This document shows positions 26,177 through 38,326 of a DNA stretch of 64,000 nucleotides, in pieces (the first letter of the stretch is position 1; the number at the start of each line of letters is the position of its first letter). A program made the translations under genes and the position numbers. Under the pieces are notes generated by a model, which saw only the letters and a list, made by a program, of their open reading frames with translations, was not told the DNA's origin and made no database searches. Source of the stretch: Eledone cirrhosa (taxonomy: Eukaryota); the NCBI GenBank assembly GCA_964016885.1, contig OZ024741.1, positions 178,126,001 to 178,190,000 on the forward strand, read 5' to 3'.

Positions 26177-26400
26177 ATTTCTGTCAAAGAGATCGTTCAT
26201 CATTTCCATAAAAAGTTCTCTATTTTCTTTTTTCTTGTCTACAGTTCTAGTTAAATTTTTCTGTAAACCTTTGCATTCGGCATAGAGTTTGAGCACCTTA
26301 TCAACGCAGTGGTCAGTTCTTCTGGTAGGAATTCGTGCTTTTTTGCTAACAAATGGAAACTTCTTGACTCTTACATTCTCGAAAAAACGCTTGAAACTTG
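26177..26400 (-). pseudogene. DNA-transposon transposase N-terminal fragment (hATm-like)
   Basis: KARIPTRRTDHCVDKVLKLY..KGLQKN..RELF..MNDLFD resembles a recurrent invertebrate transposase N-terminus; the family assignment is from memory. Confidence 0.45.
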
Positions 26401-26705
26401 CCGATTCGAGGGTAGTTTGGCTCCACTTTCCTCTCCTTCCTTCCATTCCTGCCCTTTCTCCCCTTCCTCCCCTTCCTTTCATTCTCGTTCCTTCCTTACT
26501 CTCCTTGATCTCCTTTCTTACTCCTCTTCTTGCTCCCCTTTCTCCTTGTTCTCCTGTTGTTACTCCTCTTCTTGCTCCCCCTTTCTCCTTACTCTCCGTT
26601 TCTCCTTGCTCTCCCATTCTCCTTGTATCTATATACTTGTTTATATACAAATACGATGAGAAAATCGGAGCAAGGAGAAATATGAAAGCAACGATAGTAA
26701 GGAGA

Positions 26706-26781
<76 letters not shown>

Positions 26782-26803
26782 CATATATATATATGTATAT
26801 ATG

Positions 26804-26852
<49 letters not shown>

Positions 26853-26974
26853 CATATATATATATGTATATATGTATATATATACATATATATATATACA
26901 TATATATATATATATTACTCAATACCGAGTACTCATTTCTCTCAGCTGTCAACCACATACGGATATATGTATAT

Positions 26975-27325
26975 TAGGGTGGCCATTACCGATAGGTTTT
27001 GCTGCTCCCAAATCGAAAATTATGTGTTTGCCCTATACCTGCGGTCTGTCCCCAGCTTCGCAAGTTGCATCCCCATTATATTTATTGTCACTTATCCTTG
27101 TAATACCAAGAATAAGTTGGAACAAGTTTTTCAATTTAAGATAAAAATGTTTTATCTGAAAAATGACTTTCCAGGCGAAACTTCAAAATGTCACGGTTGA
27201 TGAGGGTCGCCTTGCATTTGTTCGCTTGAGCTAAACATTTGCATAGGCTGGTTTTCTATTAACTGAAACAAATTAGAGGAGTGGGAGTTAAACTTTTAGA
27301 AAGTTGAAAAATAAGGACCACCCTA
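26975..27325. mobile_element. MITE with TAGGGTGG terminal inverted repeats (hATm-like)
   Basis: tagggtggcc ... ggaccacccta; flanks atgtatat / atatatag are an imperfect 8-bp TSD. Confidence 0.6.
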
Positions 27326-27334
27326 ATATATAGG

Positions 27335-28513
27335 AGGTATAACACTGGAAGGTAATATACGTAGTGATAGAGCACTCAGTCCATGGGACGATTACATAGA
27401 CACGGACTCATGCCACCCTCGTACTGTTTTTAGAAACTAATATCAGTACTAGAATCTCTAAACTCTCCTCTAATAAGGTATCTTTGACAGAGCCCCCCCC
27501 CCCCACACACACACACACTACTATAACACGGCGTTAGCTAACAGTGGCTTCTCGCTACCAATTACTTACTCCCTCCTCTAACAACAACAGCAATAGGAAA
27601 AGAAATCGTAACAATAGACAAACTATCTGGTTCTCTCCTCCCTTCTCACTCAACGTTAAAACTAATGTAGGAAAAATATTTGTTAGCCCTCTTAGATAGA
27701 CACTTTCCCATAGGTCACAAATACCGCTCTATCTTTAACAGATACAGAGTAAAACTAGGCTACTCCTGCGCTAAGAATATGAAGGCCCACATCACCAACA
27801 GTCCTAAGAGCGGCCCCCTGCCAGGATGTTCTTGCCGAAAGCCTGAAGATTGTCCCCTTCAACAGCAATGCAACACACCCGCTGTAGTTTATGAAGCTGT
27901 GGTCACTTCCAACCGACCAAATCAACCATAGAAGGTCAAATCTCATGTGGCTATGGCAGAGGGTCGATTTAAGGAACGCTTTCTGAACCATCAGTCACCC
28001 TTTAGGTAAGCGGACAAACGATCATCCACGAGGCTCGCGAGCCACGTATGGTCCCTCAAGGACTCAGTTATAGACTACTCCATTCAATGGAAAGTCATCA
28101 CTAAGTCCAAGCCATACGCAAGGGGCAATCCGTCTTGTGGACGATGTATTGAAGAAAAGATAAATATTCCAAGGATATTACGCAATAGAGATTACCTAAA
28201 TTCAAAAATGCATCTTCCAACATTGTCCACATCTCTGGAAAAACCTCTTGCATAACTACAAAACTCCAGATTGAATAACAACAACATTCTAATTATCTAA
28301 TCAACTCGAACATTCGTTCCCGGATATTCGCAGTTACCTCCTTTACACCTTTCGCCCGTGGTTTTGTATCACTTGGGTGAGGTGACCGTTTCTGCGCATG
28401 CGCGTTCAACGGTTGTTCTTCCTGTACAATATAACCAGTACCAGTCCGAGCTGAAGAACCGCATAGGGTGAAACAATTGATCTCGGTATGGTAAACTAAC
28501 TGTTGTGTTACTG

Positions 28514-28517
<4 letters not shown>
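27335..28517 (+). mobile_element. PLE-2 3' fragment (GIY-YIG), with pLTR and inverted pLTR piece at its 5' side
   Basis: IWFSPPFS.NVKTNVGK.F, CSC..CPL..C, VVY, F KERF.NH remnants; 27335-27395 matches 51660-51715 of a minus-strand solo pLTR. Confidence 0.78.
28446..28486 (+). ncRNA. Type I hammerhead motif (PLE-2 pLTR), cleavage triplet mutated
   Basis: ccgag-CTGAAGA-acc gcatag ggt-GAAA-caattg-AT-ctcgg; GAT stands where GTH is required. Confidence 0.6.
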
Positions 28518-28558
<41 letters not shown>

Positions 28559-28616
28559 TGTTGAGTATGTGTTGGTTGTTTACCTGTGCATGCATGTTTT
28601 CCTGTTCAACTTCTTA

Positions 28617-28673
28617 CTGCCTGATGAGGTCATAGTTGTTGAATAATGGCTATCACTGAAATGTATATAGCAG
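28617..28673 (+). ncRNA. Type I hammerhead ribozyme in a ~170-bp solo element between (TA)n tracts
   Basis: ctgc-CTGATGA-ggt..atagtt..ggctat..act-GAAA-tgtata-TA-gcag; homolog at 51521-51575. Confidence 0.78.
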
Positions 28674-28722
28674 CAAATATGAATAAACGAAGCTAATTTT
28701 AACCAGTTGACTTACACTTCTT

Positions 28723-28772
<50 letters not shown>

Positions 28773-28827
28773 GTGAGGTTTTTTTTACAAAATGAAAAAT
28801 AACCGAGGTGTCCTACACGAGTGGAAG

Positions 28828-29115
28828 TATAAAGAAAAAGGGATGAAATCGAAAATGCAACTGAAGTCTTATTTTTTTTAAAAATATATATATTTATTTG
28901 GTTCCTTTACCGGTTTCGCAGTTCTTCTGCTTTTCAAAAGGTGAGTTGAGATGGAGGGTCTGTGGTTTTCCTCACTGAGAAAAACCACAGACCCTCCATC
29001 TCAACTCACCTTTTGAAAAGCAGAAGAACTGCGAAACCGGTAAAGGAACCAAATAAATATATATATTTTTTAAAAAAATAAGACTTCAGTTGCATTTTCG
29101 ATTTCATCCCTTTTT

Positions 29116-29120
<5 letters not shown>
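28828..29120. repeat. Near-perfect ~290-bp palindrome of two inverted hammerhead-bearing pLTR ends
   Basis: Arms of ~145 bp centred near 28975. Confidence 0.92.
29009..29046 (+). ncRNA. Type I hammerhead ribozyme, U3-A8 variant (mirror copy on minus at 28904-28941)
   Basis: cctt-TTGAAAA-gcag aagaa ctgc-GAAA-ccgg-TA-aagg; palindromic stem III ACCGGT. Confidence 0.75.
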
Positions 29121-29158
<38 letters not shown>

Positions 29159-29191
29159 TGTATGTGTGTGTGTATATATATATATAGATAT

Positions 29192-29300
29192 ATGAAAGGA
29201 TTCAGGACCCCGATGGCTGAGCTCCGTCCGTTTCGACAGCTAAATCCGAACGTTCATATCTAACTGTCGAAACGGCCGTCGGTGTCCTTAATCTTTTCAT
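29192..29300. repeat. Short fold-back element with hammerhead 3' half
   Basis: Imperfect hairpin with GAAA-cggccg-TC on the right arm; related to 38145-38270. Confidence 0.55.
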
Positions 29301-29489
29301 ATTACCCATACTACTACCCCAATTATCGATTTATTTTGTGCGTTATGGTCTAGCTGGTTGTTACCATACCCTATCTGATATATAGATATATATATATCTA
29401 TATACATATATATATTGACGTAAATGAGGTATATTATAAGGTAATCCAAGTAGAGGTTATGAGTAATCTGTTCAGTGGATGATTTTAAC

Positions 29490-31950
29490 GTGCGACCATC
29501 ACCCTCTCCCTTTAGCCCTGAACACAACAGACACTGGTGGATGAGAGTTTGATCTACTTCATGTTCTTTGCTACGGAGAACAACATGCCTATGCAGTGGC
29601 TTCTGCTCCCATTTAGTGCAGTCTCTTTTAACCTTCGTGTTTTTTCGCACACTTTCTTTGCGGCTTTAATTTCAGATTTGCTATCATTTTCAAAATATAT
29701 TCTCACTTCGTCGTCAAACTTCTTACATTCCTTTGTCATTGAATATAACCTCTTCTTCCTTTCGTGATCTGCAACCATTTTCACCATTCAGTCATCTATG
29801 GTTTTAAGTTACTGATCAAGTTCAATGATCGATATCATGCATGATAGTTCGCGCTAGAGTATCTACCTCCATTTTGCCTAAGGTTTTGGGGTGATAGGTT
29901 TGTATTCCATATAGCCATGTTGTATTTCAGGAAGTTTGATATGACTGGGGAAATTTTCAGAACATCAAAAGTTTTCAAAATCCAAAAGTGGCGAACAATT
30001 TCAAATATTTCTTTCTCATACTCAATCCAGACAGTACCCAAGCTTCTTTGCTTATGGCAGATTTCCATTATCATACAGTTAATGAGAAGTTGGTCTTTGC
30101 ATCTAAATCTTCTGCTCAATATGGTAACAATGCTTTTCATCAATATTTGTGTAGGTTGCCTCAGTAAAGATTCAGGAGAATTTTGTATGATGCGGGAAGA
30201 CAAGTGATAAAACGAGAATTTGGGGGATATTTGTTTCTCTCGATTTTGGCAAGAGATCTGTTATACCTTATGCAAACCAGCCAGGTGTTTCCTCAGGATT
30301 GTGCATAAGTTCATTATAATATTTTGCCAACATACCATGGGTAGCAGTTACAGAATAGAACCAGAAGTTTAGCAATGTATCAATGCCAGTGGATTTACAT
30401 TTGTTTGATTTCTTTTGATGCCAACTCCAGTTCTTTCATAGTTATGTCTTTAAAAGTCTGCCTTTCTAAATTATTGTATGTTTTCCATGTTTTTATCCTT
30501 TCTCCCCTCGCATTATGGTATTTCTCTGAATGCCTTACTGTTTTCCAAAATTCCTGAATGTTATGATTTGAAGGAGGTTTATTTACTTGAATTTTCCGTG
30601 TTTCCCATTAAAATCTTTTGACATCTGACATAAACAACTTGTTTTGCCTGTAAAAGTTATTTCGCTTTTCAAATCTTCTGATTCTTTGAGTTTCCAGTTG
30701 TACTTTCTGTTTCAGTGTTTATTTCATTGATAGTTATCAGGCTTTCAAGTTACTTCATCTTTCGTAATTACTTTCCTTTTCTTCCTTGACTTGACAGATA
30801 TACCAGCACATTTCCTCCAGGATCGATATTTCTCCCCTCATACTTTCGATTTCCTTCTTAATTTCTATCTTCCAGGGTGGTCTTTTTGTAAGTGTTGTGT
30901 CTTTTTCTATTTCGCTCTTTCTTTAACCCCTCTCTAATACCATTGCTACTGCATAAATAACCTCATTTATCTCTAATATAACAGGTTCCATTTCTTCAAT
31001 TATTGCTTTAGCAGCCTGATTTCCATGTTTTGTATGTCTTTTGTTCTGGTTGTTGCTTGTCAATCTTTGCAAGGACTCTCTTACTAATGCTATTATCTTT
31101 ATTTTTCCAAGTTCATAGCGAATTTCCTGCTTTGTCTGTTATATCTTATATCCATGTTCATGAGTAGAAATATTTTCATCCATATTGTCAATCTGTTTTT
31201 CAGCTTCATCCTGCTCAGTTATGATTTTGATACCTTCAATGGTCTGTAAAATAACTCCTGGTGACAACATAGTCCATACGTTTGTGCTCTTTTTCTGTCA
31301 AAAACTCATATATATCCCTTTCTGTTATTGGTATTGTCAAATCTTTTTCAACATACTTCTTAATTCCATTTAACTCTGCATCTGTTACTCCCTTGTTTCT
31401 AGCAATATCGCTTCTTATATATGCACACTTGTTTTCGTCCAGGTTTGCTCTAATTTCTGGATTTCTTCCCCTCCATACCCTAAAAGAATTCAGTGTGTGT
31501 TTTAATTCCGATGATTTGCCAAATGAGTGGTGGAATGCTTATATCACTTCTTTATACTCTTCTCAAATCCATTTGATACGTTGGGATTTTGTCTTCCATG
31601 TGGTGCTGAACTTGAAGTGCTTGTGTTGAGATTATTCTCGTTCATCTCACTATTCAAGTGCATATTGGCAGAAGAGCTTGTTTTAGCTGCATACCTTTCG
31701 ACCTTTGGCAGATTCCTCCCTGAGAGACGCGACCTTTGTTGACTCGGACGTAGACTGGCCCGGTATGTGCTTTTGTCTGTAGATATCGTGCGACTTATTT
31801 CTTCTTTCTTTATGCGTTTATCCTTCACTGCCAAGGGGTGATTTTGTTCAAAATAACACATCTAGAACGATTATAAAAAAAGATGAGCTCGTCCTACCCA
31901 TACGTCACAGCTACTTCTAGCCGTGTGAAGCGAGTAATTTCTTGGCGACG
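29490..31950 (-). mobile_element. Decayed R4/Dong-like element with internal deletion
   Basis: CKDQLLIN..KQRSLGTVWIEYEK.F..V.H.WI (RT 2/3 region) is joined to RQNGGR and KWEQKPLH..VDQ..SGLKGE, which match the element at 400-2060. Confidence 0.72.
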
Positions 31951-32117
31951 GGTTATATGAATAATGCTGTCTTTAATGTTTTCTTTCGTGGTTAAAACGG
32001 AAATAATAACTACCATCATCATCATTACCACCATCTTTATCAATCCCATTATCACCATTATTATTGCTGTTGTTGTTACTCGCTGTAGTTTTGCTGTTAT
32101 CATTGTTATTAATTTCT

Positions 32118-32302
32118 CATTGGCAGAATCGGTAGAGGGTCGGACGCCAAACTTTGACGCATAGAGTTACGGACCTTTCCAATCCGAGTTCAATCCCGCT
32201 GAGTTTAACTTTGCCTTTCATCCTTACGGGGTCGATAAAATAAAGTACCAGTAATGCACTGGGTATTTGCTGGCCTTGTGCCAAAAGTAGAAACAATTAT
32301 TT
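32118..32302 (+). mobile_element. tRNA-derived SINE (family S1)
   Basis: A box TGGCAGAATCGG, B box GAGTTCAATCCC, S1 core, ends gaaacaattatt. Confidence 0.8.
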
Positions 32303-32719
32303 CTATTTATTTATCTCTCCTAAAAATGGACTGGCAAATTGAAACTCACCTTTTCTAGTGTTGCTGCTGATTTTGGTATTGTATTTTGACTTTGTCTTAT
32401 ACCCTCCCTCTCCTCAGTAACTTTGATATACATAGGTTAGTTGATTTTTACAGCCTGTTCAAGGACAGCAGCATCAATACGTCTTATCTTATGTTGACAG
32501 AAAGCGGGGTAATGAAGGGACACTGTTCATACTTCAGGTAATTTTTATTTCTCTTTGCCATTTTAAGAATTCGTGCAGCTTAAAAGAAATGAATTTGGAA
32601 ATTTGAAAAGGTTCTTTGCCAGTTCCTTCTCTAAGAGAAATTATTTCCGGTTATCAAACGAATGAAATTCCTGAACGAGATGAGTACGCGGGAGTATGTG
32701 TGTATGTATATATACATAC

Positions 32720-32804
<85 letters not shown>

Positions 32805-32808
<4 letters not shown>

Positions 32809-34224
32809 GTTATTATGAGTATTCCAAAGCTTGGTAGAACAAGTTGTGAGGAAAGTTCTCAACATACGTTAAGGTGACTCGACAGGTTGGTAGGGATTAT
32901 GTAGTGGAAACACGAACAAACGAGGAGTGTAATCAAAGAAGAGAAATAGGACGAAGGTAAACAGTTACAAAAGAATTTAATCCACGTATTAACAATTGTT
33001 TCATCAGAATTTCAGTCCATTATTGCTACACTATGTTATAATAGGCAATCAAGAAAGATACTGTGGCATCCGAATTTTCAAAATACAAAGTTGGAATGAC
33101 CTTAGGAAATGAAATAAGGGGTAGTAAGGTAAGATAGAGGAACAGAGAGAGAGAGAGAGGGGGGCAAAAGAGAGGGAGAGAGAGAAAAGGGATAGAGGTA
33201 GGGAGAGAAAGAGAAAGAGATAGTGTGGTGTGAGAGGATTTGTATAGGGAATGGGAGGAAGGCTGTGTGCTAAAAGTTGTGATGAGTAGAGGGAGAGAGA
33301 AGGAAGATAGAATTTTAAGAGGCATTTCGAAGTGGACAGGTAAAAGTCTTACCAGAGAACAGATGAAGGAAGATAGTATTAAATTTCATATATAGTCTAT
33401 TTTTAGGGGTGTAGAATTGTTATTTAGGGTATAAAGATAGGTAGTGTTAGGGTTTGGTTGAAGGTTTGAAGTGTGAGAATTTCGCTTTCAGTTTATGCTT
33501 GCAAAAAATTGACCTTTCAATTTTGTTGTTGAGTAGTTGGTGGCTTGAGCTTAGAATATGGAAGAGCTCATTATTACACAACGGGCACGTTTTCATCCCA
33601 CTCCATATGGAGGAGCATGTGAGAGTTTGGTCCATTTAAGGGTGTATTGTCGGTTACTCCCTTTTAAGTGCCACATTTTGTCGGCGAGAGTCGTTACGTA
33701 ACGGTGTTGGTGGTGCTTTATTGCGTAACGATGCGTGTACCAACGAGTTTTGAAGGTGTTTGCAGTGCTGCCTATGTAGTACCAGGTTTGGTTGCCCGAC
33801 TCAACCGAGCACCTGTACACTAGGTTTGAATGCAAGCATTCGTTATTCAATGGACAAGTCTCTGGAAGGTGGCAATTACAATTTCTGTTATGGGCAGTGG
33901 GGAAGTTATAGGTGGTCTGGGATGTGTGTGTGAGTGTGTTTTGTGCATACTGATTGTTAGTGGGTGGTTGTGTATTAAGTGAATTATTGTGTTGAGTGAT
34001 TGGAGTGTTGTTGTTACGGAGTTTTTTGGCGTTGAGCATCTTAATGTGTGCGTCTAGGTTTGGTGCAGTGGAATAAGATAGTCTAATTGTTTTGGTATTA
34101 AGTATACTCCTATATTTATGTGAATTTGGAAAGTGTTTTTTTATAATTTTGTAGAATGTGGAAGGTAAGTTAGAGCTAATAGAAGAGTTAAAAATAGGAT
34201 TATATCAAATGTAAGATCTACTCC
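32805..34224 (-). mobile_element. Inverted 3' partial copy of PLE-3 (GIY-YIG + 3' UTR + pLTR)
   Basis: Reverse complement of ~36409-37700 plus the pLTR tail; ORF 33593-34039 is nearly identical to 36590-37030. Confidence 0.92.
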
Positions 34225-34517
34225 TTCATCTGTTCTCTGGTAAGACTTTCGCCCGTCCACTTCCAAATGCCTCTTTAAATTCTATCTTCCTTCTCTCTCC
34301 CACTACTCATCACAACTTTTAGTACACAGCCCTCCTCCCCCTCCCTATACAAATCCTCTCACACCACACTATCTCTTTCTCTTTCTCTCCCTACCTCTAT
34401 CCCTTTTTTCTCTCTCTCTCTCTCTCTCTCCCTCTCTTTTGCCCCTCTCTCTCTCTCTCTGTTTCTCTATCTTACACTACTACCCCTTATTTCATTTCCT
34501 AAGGTCATTCCAACTTT

Positions 34518-34618
34518 GTATTTTGAAAATTCGTATGCCACAGTATCTTTCTTGATTGCCTATTATAACATATTGTAGCAATAATGGACTGAAATTCTGA
34601 TGAAACAATTGTTAATAC
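34518..34618 (+). ncRNA. Type I hammerhead, U3-A8 variant with ~70-nt extended stem II (PLE-3 pLTR)
   Basis: gtatt-TTGAAAA-t tcg(g)a...tctga t-GAAA-caattg-TT-aatac; copies at 37548-37648 (+) and 32986-33086 (-). Confidence 0.6.
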
Positions 34619-34841
34619 GTGGATTAAATTCTTTTGTAACTGTTTACCTTCGTCCTATTTCTCTTCTTTGATTACACTCCTCGTTTGTTCGTGTTTCCAC
34701 TACAGAATCCCTACCAACCTGTCGAGTCACCTTAACGTATGCTGAGAACTTTCCTCACAACTTGTTCTACCAAGCTTTGGAATACTCCTAATAACTGAAT
34801 TTATGCTCCTATCTGGTTGAGTCACCACTTCAACCTACGCC

Positions 34842-37185
34842 TTGGACATGGAAAAACATTACATCGGTATGTCCCTAAAGAATATACCTTTACCCAAAAG
34901 GAAGGATTACACTCTTGGAATGATCCAGCGCACCAACGATTTCATACGCCGCGTCAGATGGAAAACATTCCACTTCGACAAAGGACGTAAGGATTATACC
35001 GCGAACGCTGGAAAGAATACATATGGGTTCAACTCCTGTAAAAACCCACCCACTAACCCTCTACTGGACGCCTTCGAACAGGACTTACTTAAAATGGTCA
35101 TGAATACTAAATATAAGAGGTTCAAAACCAACAAGCTTCATAAAGACATGGATACCTTTCTAAACAAGCTGCGCACCACTAACGGGATTATTGTCAAAGC
35201 GGATAAAACATCTAACGTGTACACAATGGACATTAATACCTACCACGACCTTATACCGAAGGAATTACATAAAAAAATATAAGAAAACCAATAACAAAGC
35301 ACTACTTAACATCAACAAACAAGCACACCATATTGTCAAAAGTCTAGAACTTGAATATAGAACTGAGCCCATGACAACTTGCACCCCCACCTTTAATCTT
35401 AAGGACCACAAATTAGATTTCCTAGATAAACCCACTATTAGATTAATATGCCCCTCTAAGTCCGACATAGGTAAAATTAGCAAGCATATTTTAGATAGAA
35501 TAATAATACAATTAAGGAATAAACTAGTTATTAAACTTTGGGACAATACTAGCGACACAATTAAATGGTTTAATAGTATAGATAACAAAAATACCTCTAA
35601 CTTTATACAATTCGACATTAATGACTATTACTCCTCCATATCACCCGATACTCTAAACAAGGCACTAGAATTTGCGAAAGCCAACTCTGACTTAACCGAC
35701 GACGAAATAAACATTATCCTAGCAGCTAGAAAGACGATAATTAAATTTGAAAATAACTTTTGGATACGTAAGTATAGAATAGATAACTTTGACATAACTA
35801 TGGGTGCTAATGACTCAGCACAAGTTACGGATATTGTTGGTATATACATAGCCCACACCTTACATAATAAAGTTAGTTACCTTCAAGGCGGAATATATAG
35901 AGATGACGCTCTCCTATTAGTTAAAAACATGAATAAACAAAACATAGAACGAACCCGTAAGAGCATTAGAAGAACCCTAGATAGCCTTGGCCTTAAAATC
36001 ACCTACGAATATAGTACCAAAGTAGTTAACTTCCTAGATGCCACCTTCAACCTCAACACCCAAATTATCACACCCTTTCACAAAAACAATGAGAACCTCA
36101 CCTACATCCACACTAGCTCTAACCACCCACTATCTATTATAAGGTCCGTGCCACATAGTATATCACTTAGAATATCCCGCCTCTCATCTAACCAACAAAT
36201 ATTCGATCAACACGCTGAATACTACAACACTGCATTAGAACGGGCTGGCCACACCGACAAACTAGAATACATGGACCCACACAACCATAAAACACATAAC
36301 CACAGACACGCCAAACGCCCCACAAACACCCGCACACACGCACCTAGACCCCCTAATATTAACCACACCACAAATACAACAGCAACATCAAAGCAAAACA
36401 GAACACGGAGTAGATCTTACATTTGGTATAATCCTATTTTTAACTCTTCTATTAGCTCTAACTTACCTTCCACATTCTACAAAATTATAAAAAAACACTT
36501 TCCAAATTCACATAAATATAGTAGTATACTTAATACCAAAACAATTACACTATCTTATTCCACTGCACTAAACCTAGACGCACACATTAAGATGCTCAAC
36601 GCCAAAACACTCCGTAACAACAACACCCCAATCACTCAACACAATAATACACCTAATACACAACCACCCACTAACAATCAGTATGCACAAAACACACTCA
36701 CACACACATCCCAGCCCACCTATGACTTCACCACTGCCCATAACAGAAATTGTAATTGACACCCTCCAGAGACTTGTCCATTGAATAACGAATGTTTGCA
36801 TTCAAACCTAGTGTACAGGTGCTCGGTTGAGTCGGGCAACCAAACCTGGTACTACATAGGCAGCACTACAAACACCTTCAAAACTCGTTGGTACACGCAT
36901 CGTTACGCAATAAAGCACCACCAACACCGTTACGTAACGACTCTCGCCGACAAAATTTGGCACTTAAAAGGGAGTAACCGACAATACACCCTTAAATGGA
37001 CCAAACTCTCACATGCTCCTCCATACTGGAGTGGGATGAAAACGTGCCCGTTGTGTAATAATGAGCTCTTCCATATTCTAAGCTCAAGCCACCAACTACT
37101 CAACAACAAAATTGAAAGGTCAATTTTTTGCATGCATAAACTGAAATCGAAATTCTCACACTTCAAACCTTCAACCAAATCCTAA
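34842..37185 (+). pseudogene. PLE-3 RT + GIY-YIG ORF (one frameshift ~35270, one stop 36757)
   Basis: SLKNIP, IVKADKT, FIQFDINDYY, TMGANDS, IYRDDAL, VNFLDAT, SNHP, CNC..CPL..C, LVY..YYIGST..FKTR..H, CPLC..E. Confidence 0.92.
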
Positions 37186-37722
37186 CACTACCTATCTTTC
37201 TACCCTAAATAACAATTCTACACCCCTAAAAATAGACTATATATGAAATTTAATACTTTCTTCCTTCATCTGTTCTCTGGTAAGACTTTCGCCTGTCCAC
37301 TTCGAAATGCCTCTTAAAATTCTATCTTCCTTCTCTCTCCCTCTACTCATCACAACTTTTAGCACACAACACTCCTCCCCCTCCCTATACAAATCCTCTC
37401 ACACCACACTATCTCTTTCTCTTTCTCTCCCTACCTCTATCCCTTTTCTCTCTCTCTCTCTCCCTCTCTTTTGCCCCTCTCTCTCTCTATGTTCCTCTAT
37501 CTTACACTACTACCCCTTATTTCATTTCCTGAGGTCATTCCAACTTTGTATTTTGAAAATTCGGATGCCACAGTATCTTTCTTGATTGCCTATTATAACA
37601 TAGTGTAGCAATAATGGACTGAAATTCTGATGAAACAATTGTTAATACGTGGATTAAATTCTTTTGTAACTGTTTACCTTCGTCCTATTTCTCTTCTTTG
37701 ATATATATATATATATATATAT

Positions 37723-37804
<82 letters not shown>

Positions 37805-37850
37805 CGTGTATGAGTATGATCATGTGTGTGTGTGAGTGTGTGTGCGTGCG

Positions 37851-37894
<44 letters not shown>

Positions 37895-37896
<2 letters not shown>

Positions 37897-38058
37897 AGTA
37901 ATAATAATAAATTTGAAGACTCAAATCCAAAGAGGGCTCGATAAGGATAAATATATATCATATATATAAGAATCCTAGAGCAAATATTTATTAAAATAAC
38001 AGATTAAATTTTGAGTAAAGAATCGCTGCTTTCACCCTTAATGGGATCTTCTGAAATA
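37895..38058 (-). mobile_element. Solo 3' pLTR fragment of the PLE-1 family
   Basis: Reverse complement of ~25585-25745. Confidence 0.82.
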
Positions 38059-38144
38059 TATATATAACGTAGAAAGTGTGGTAAGGAACCAGATGGACCA
38101 TAACGCACTAGCGTACTCAATACTTAGGGTAGTAGAGTGGGTAA

Positions 38145-38270
38145 TAGGAAAATGTTCAAGACCCCGACGGCAGAGCTCAAGCCTCTTCGATGGCTATTTC
38201 TGGACTGGAGTCCAGAAATAGCCGTCGAAATGGCTTGAACTCTGCCGTCGGGTTCTTGAATATTTTCCTA
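38145..38270. repeat. Fold-back element with hammerhead 3' half
   Basis: ~60-bp inverted arms centred near 38208; right arm GAAA-tggc..gccg-TC. Confidence 0.7.
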
Positions 38271-38286
38271 TATATATATATATTGT

Positions 38287-38326
<40 letters not shown>

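Larger units (their letters stand above)
34225..37701 (+). mobile_element. Near full-length Penelope-like element PLE-3 with direct pLTRs (34225-34800 and 37263-37701)
   Basis: pLTR - ORF - pLTR; the 3' end runs into (TA)n. Confidence 0.93.

Noticed and set aside
26289-27200. 303-aa ORF and the many other YI/HT/CV-repeat ORFs in the window
   Set aside because: Stop-free frames through (TA)n/(CA)n and pyrimidine-rich low-complexity DNA.
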